Positions 22,808 through 24,735 of a DNA stretch of 24,735 bases are shown piece after piece. Each line of letters starts with the position of its first letter. Positions within the stretch are counted from its first letter, which is position 1. A program made the translations under genes and the position numbers. Location of the stretch: the IMG/VR virus record IMGVR_UViG_3300049917_000036, positions 1 to 24,735 of that record; one strand, 5' to 3'. A model generated the notes under the pieces. It had not been told where the DNA came from. It saw only the letters and a list, made by a program, of their open reading frames with translations, and ran no database searches. The stretch comes from a virus (taxonomy: Duplodnaviria > Caudoviricetes).

Positions 22808-23495
22808 TCGTGCGGAGCGCGAAAGCGCGTTCGTTGCCGATTACGAACTACCTGCATTTGTCAAACTCTGCTCGAAGGTTTGCGCCATGTACGGCATCGC
22901 GTTACCAGAGGCACAACTGTTGCAAATGTTACATGAGTTCATTGGTAAGCATTTTAGGTGGACGACATTCGAACACTTCAACCTTGCCTTTGAATTGAAC
23001 GCTGCAAACGAACTGTCAAAGAAAACCGAACACTTCGGAGCGTTGAGTGTGTCGTTCATTGGTGACGTGTTGACGCACTACAAACCACACCGCGACAAAG
23101 CAAACCTGCAAATTCAGAGAGAGATTGCAGAATCAAAAGAAGAAGAATCTAAACAACTAAAAGAAAAAGAAATGGCGGTAAATGACGACAGCTGGCGCAG
23201 AATGTTAGCAGAAGACTTGCACAACTTCAAGAAAGGAAAATATACGGTCATTGAGATTCGTGCGGTGTCTTTAATGCGTTGGCTCGAAGAAAGTAAGATA
23301 ATAACCGCTGACACCTTTACTGAAGAAGAATACAGGTTGTGCAAAGCAAACGCGAAGAAGAACATCTACTTCGAACAACAACTCGTTCAATCAATGGTTG
23401 AGCGCATGAGCGACCGCAAAAGAATGTTGCTGAAGGAATCAATTCGCTTTGAAGGTATGCGCGAGTTGTACAAATTATATCTGTCGAAGCAATGA
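22740..23495 (+). CDS. Hypothetical replication-associated protein (helicase-loader position)
   Basis: 251 aa following the initiator-like gene; AFEL.A..EL.....HFG..S..FIG.VL..YK. Confidence 0.55.
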   Translation: MENSTPMLRSASTTTLSITQRVDRAERESAFVADYELPAFVKLCSKVCAMYGIALPEAQLLQMLHEFIGKHFRWTTFEHFNLAFELNAANELSKKTEHFGALSVSFIGDVLTHYKPHRDKANLQIQREIAESKEEESKQLKEKEMAVNDDSWRRMLAEDLHNFKKGKYTVIEIRAVSLMRWLEESKIITADTFTEEEYRLCKANAKKNIYFEQQLVQSMVERMSDRKRMLLKESIRFEGMRELYKLYLSKQ

Positions 23496-24559
23496 ATCAC
23501 GGATCGTTGTTTAGCGGGATAGGTGGCTTTGACTTAGCTGCTGAATGGATAGGTTGGAACAATACGTTTCATTGCGAATGGATGCCTTTCCCACGCAAAG
23601 TATTAAATCATTATTGGCCTAATTCTATAAGTTATGAAGATATTACAAAGACAGACTTCTCTATTCACCGAGGAACAATTGACATACTCACAGGTGGCTT
23701 TCCTTGCCAACCATACTCAAGCGCAGGTAAGCGACTTGGGAAAGAGGACGAGCGACATCTCTGGCCGCATATGCTCAGAGTCATTTCAGAAGTTAAACCA
23801 ACCTACGTTGTGGGCGAAAACGTTCGTGGACTTACTAATTGGAATGGGGGAGTGGTCTTCGAAGAAGTGTGCGTTGACTTGGAAAGTCAAGGGTACACCG
23901 TACAACCGATACTATTGCCAGCTTGTGCCGTCGGTGCGCCACATCGAAGAGATAGGGTTTGGTTCATTGCTAAAGACACCAAGCGCAATGGATTCATACA
24001 GCGAGAATTTGAGCAAGAAGGAACAGAAATTTGGGAACAGCGGAACGCTTGCACAGGAGATTCAATCGGGGTTTGTAGAGAATCGGATGAAGGGATTACT
24101 TCCAACACCGAATGCTTTCGATTACAACACTCCGAGAAAAGAGGAGACATTCAAGAAAGCACAGGAAAGACACGCTGCGAAAGGAGTGAATTTACAGAAT
24201 CCCTTGAAGCAAATGGCAGCAATGGGTTTGCTACCAACACCGATATGTGGAAATGCGAGAGACGGTTGCGGGAAAGGAAGCAAAAGAATAGCAAGAAAAC
24301 AACAACAAGGATGGACAATAGATTTGCAAGATTTAGTTACAATGAATCAAACACCTGGGAAAATTTCCCAACTCAATCCCCGATTTGTGGCGGAGATGAT
24401 GGGCTTCCCACCGAACTGGACGGAATTACCTTTTCTAAATGGAGAAGTGAATCAATAAAGGGTTATGGAAATGCAATCGTTCCACAGGTTGCTTATGAAA
24501 TTTTTAAGGTAATTGCTGAAATGGACAGGTTAGAAAAACTACAACTAAAACTATTTTAA
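23492..24559 (+). CDS. dcm: C5-cytosine DNA methyltransferase, alpha-like chain (motifs I-VIII and X)
   Basis: SLFSGIGG (I), GGFPCQPYS (IV), ENV (VI), PHRRDRVWFIA (VIII), KGYGNAIVPQVA (X). No motif IX in this frame. Confidence 0.9.
   Translation: MNHGSLFSGIGGFDLAAEWIGWNNTFHCEWMPFPRKVLNHYWPNSISYEDITKTDFSIHRGTIDILTGGFPCQPYSSAGKRLGKEDERHLWPHMLRVISEVKPTYVVGENVRGLTNWNGGVVFEEVCVDLESQGYTVQPILLPACAVGAPHRRDRVWFIAKDTKRNGFIQREFEQEGTEIWEQRNACTGDSIGVCRESDEGITSNTECFRLQHSEKRGDIQESTGKTRCERSEFTESLEANGSNGFATNTDMWKCERRLRERKQKNSKKTTTRMDNRFARFSYNESNTWENFPTQSPICGGDDGLPTELDGITFSKWRSESIKGYGNAIVPQVAYEIFKVIAEMDRLEKLQLKLF
23634..24458 (+). CDS. Nested +1-frame methyltransferase beta-like chain (TRD-like repeats and motif IX)
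   Basis: 274 codons open inside dcm. LLKTP, LLPTP, LLPTP repeats and QLNPRFVAEMMGFPPNWT (motif IX-like). True start uncertain. Confidence 0.7.
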   Translation: MKILQRQTSLFTEEQLTYSQVAFLANHTQAQVSDLGKRTSDISGRICSESFQKLNQPTLWAKTFVDLLIGMGEWSSKKCALTWKVKGTPYNRYYCQLVPSVRHIEEIGFGSLLKTPSAMDSYSENLSKKEQKFGNSGTLAQEIQSGFVENRMKGLLPTPNAFDYNTPRKEETFKKAQERHAAKGVNLQNPLKQMAAMGLLPTPICGNARDGCGKGSKRIARKQQQGWTIDLQDLVTMNQTPGKISQLNPRFVAEMMGFPPNWTELPFLNGEVNQ

Positions 24560-24735
24560 TGCAACCATATAAACCCGAATACCTGCCGCGTCAGATTGAA
24601 GCGTTGAACTACTTGAACACCGACAGCATCGTTGAACAGTTATTATACGGTGGCGCGGCAGGGGGTGGAAAGACGAAGTTCGGTTGTATGTGGCAGATAC
24701 AACGTCGTTTGAAGTACGCAGGGACGCGTTCTCTT
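24559..24735 (+). CDS. terL: Terminase large subunit, 5' part (runs off the window)
   Basis: MQPYKPEYLPRQIEALNYLNTDSIVEQLLYGGAAGGGKTKFGCMW: Q-motif plus terminase-type Walker A. TAATG overlap with the dcm stop. Confidence 0.8.
   Translation, partial: MQPYKPEYLPRQIEALNYLNTDSIVEQLLYGGAAGGGKTKFGCMWQIQRRLKYAGTRSL

Noticed and set aside
22690-22998. 102-aa third-frame ORF over the replication genes
   Set aside because: It overlaps two better ORFs and has no recognisable motifs.
23492-24559. Reading the methyltransferase as a pseudogene or assembly frameshift
   Set aside because: Both frames are uninterrupted over 825 nt, and a single chain in canonical order would need two compensating errors. 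The two-chain layout has precedent.
1-24735. CRISPR array, tRNA, integrase, transposase, reverse transcriptase/DGR, endolysin, alternative genetic code
   Set aside because: I saw no repeat-spacer array, cloverleaf or relevant motifs. Genes are intact under the standard code and use all three stop codons.

Overview
This window is a 24.7 kb piece of a tailed dsDNA phage, probably a siphovirus-like phage of a Bacteroidota host (TAnnTTTG promoter elements, A-rich leaders without Shine-Dalgarno sites). The minus strand from about 19045 to 1 carries a VRR-NUC nuclease, an ECF-like sigma factor, TerS and the virion genes in a non-canonical order: tail chaperone, tail terminator-fibre, fibre or lectin, neck, distal tail, hub, tape measure, protease, scaffold, capsid, tail tube, portal, adaptor. 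The plus strand from 19152 carries small early genes, replication genes, a C5 DNA methyltransferase and the start of TerL. The main candidates for something new are: (1) a methyltransferase split over two overlapping frames, with three tandem LLxTP repeats and motif IX in the +1 frame; (2) three homopolymer slippery sites, one a classic G/GT extension and two where the shift leads to a stop at a domain boundary (portal, tail terminator-fibre); (3) two promoter-to-terminator short RNA units that share a 14-nt sequence, one forming an attenuator-like switch upstream of the late genes; (4) small ORFs missing from the ORF track, including one ending in an RNR-like CxxCGS tail. All product calls come from recognising motifs by eye; no database searches were run.
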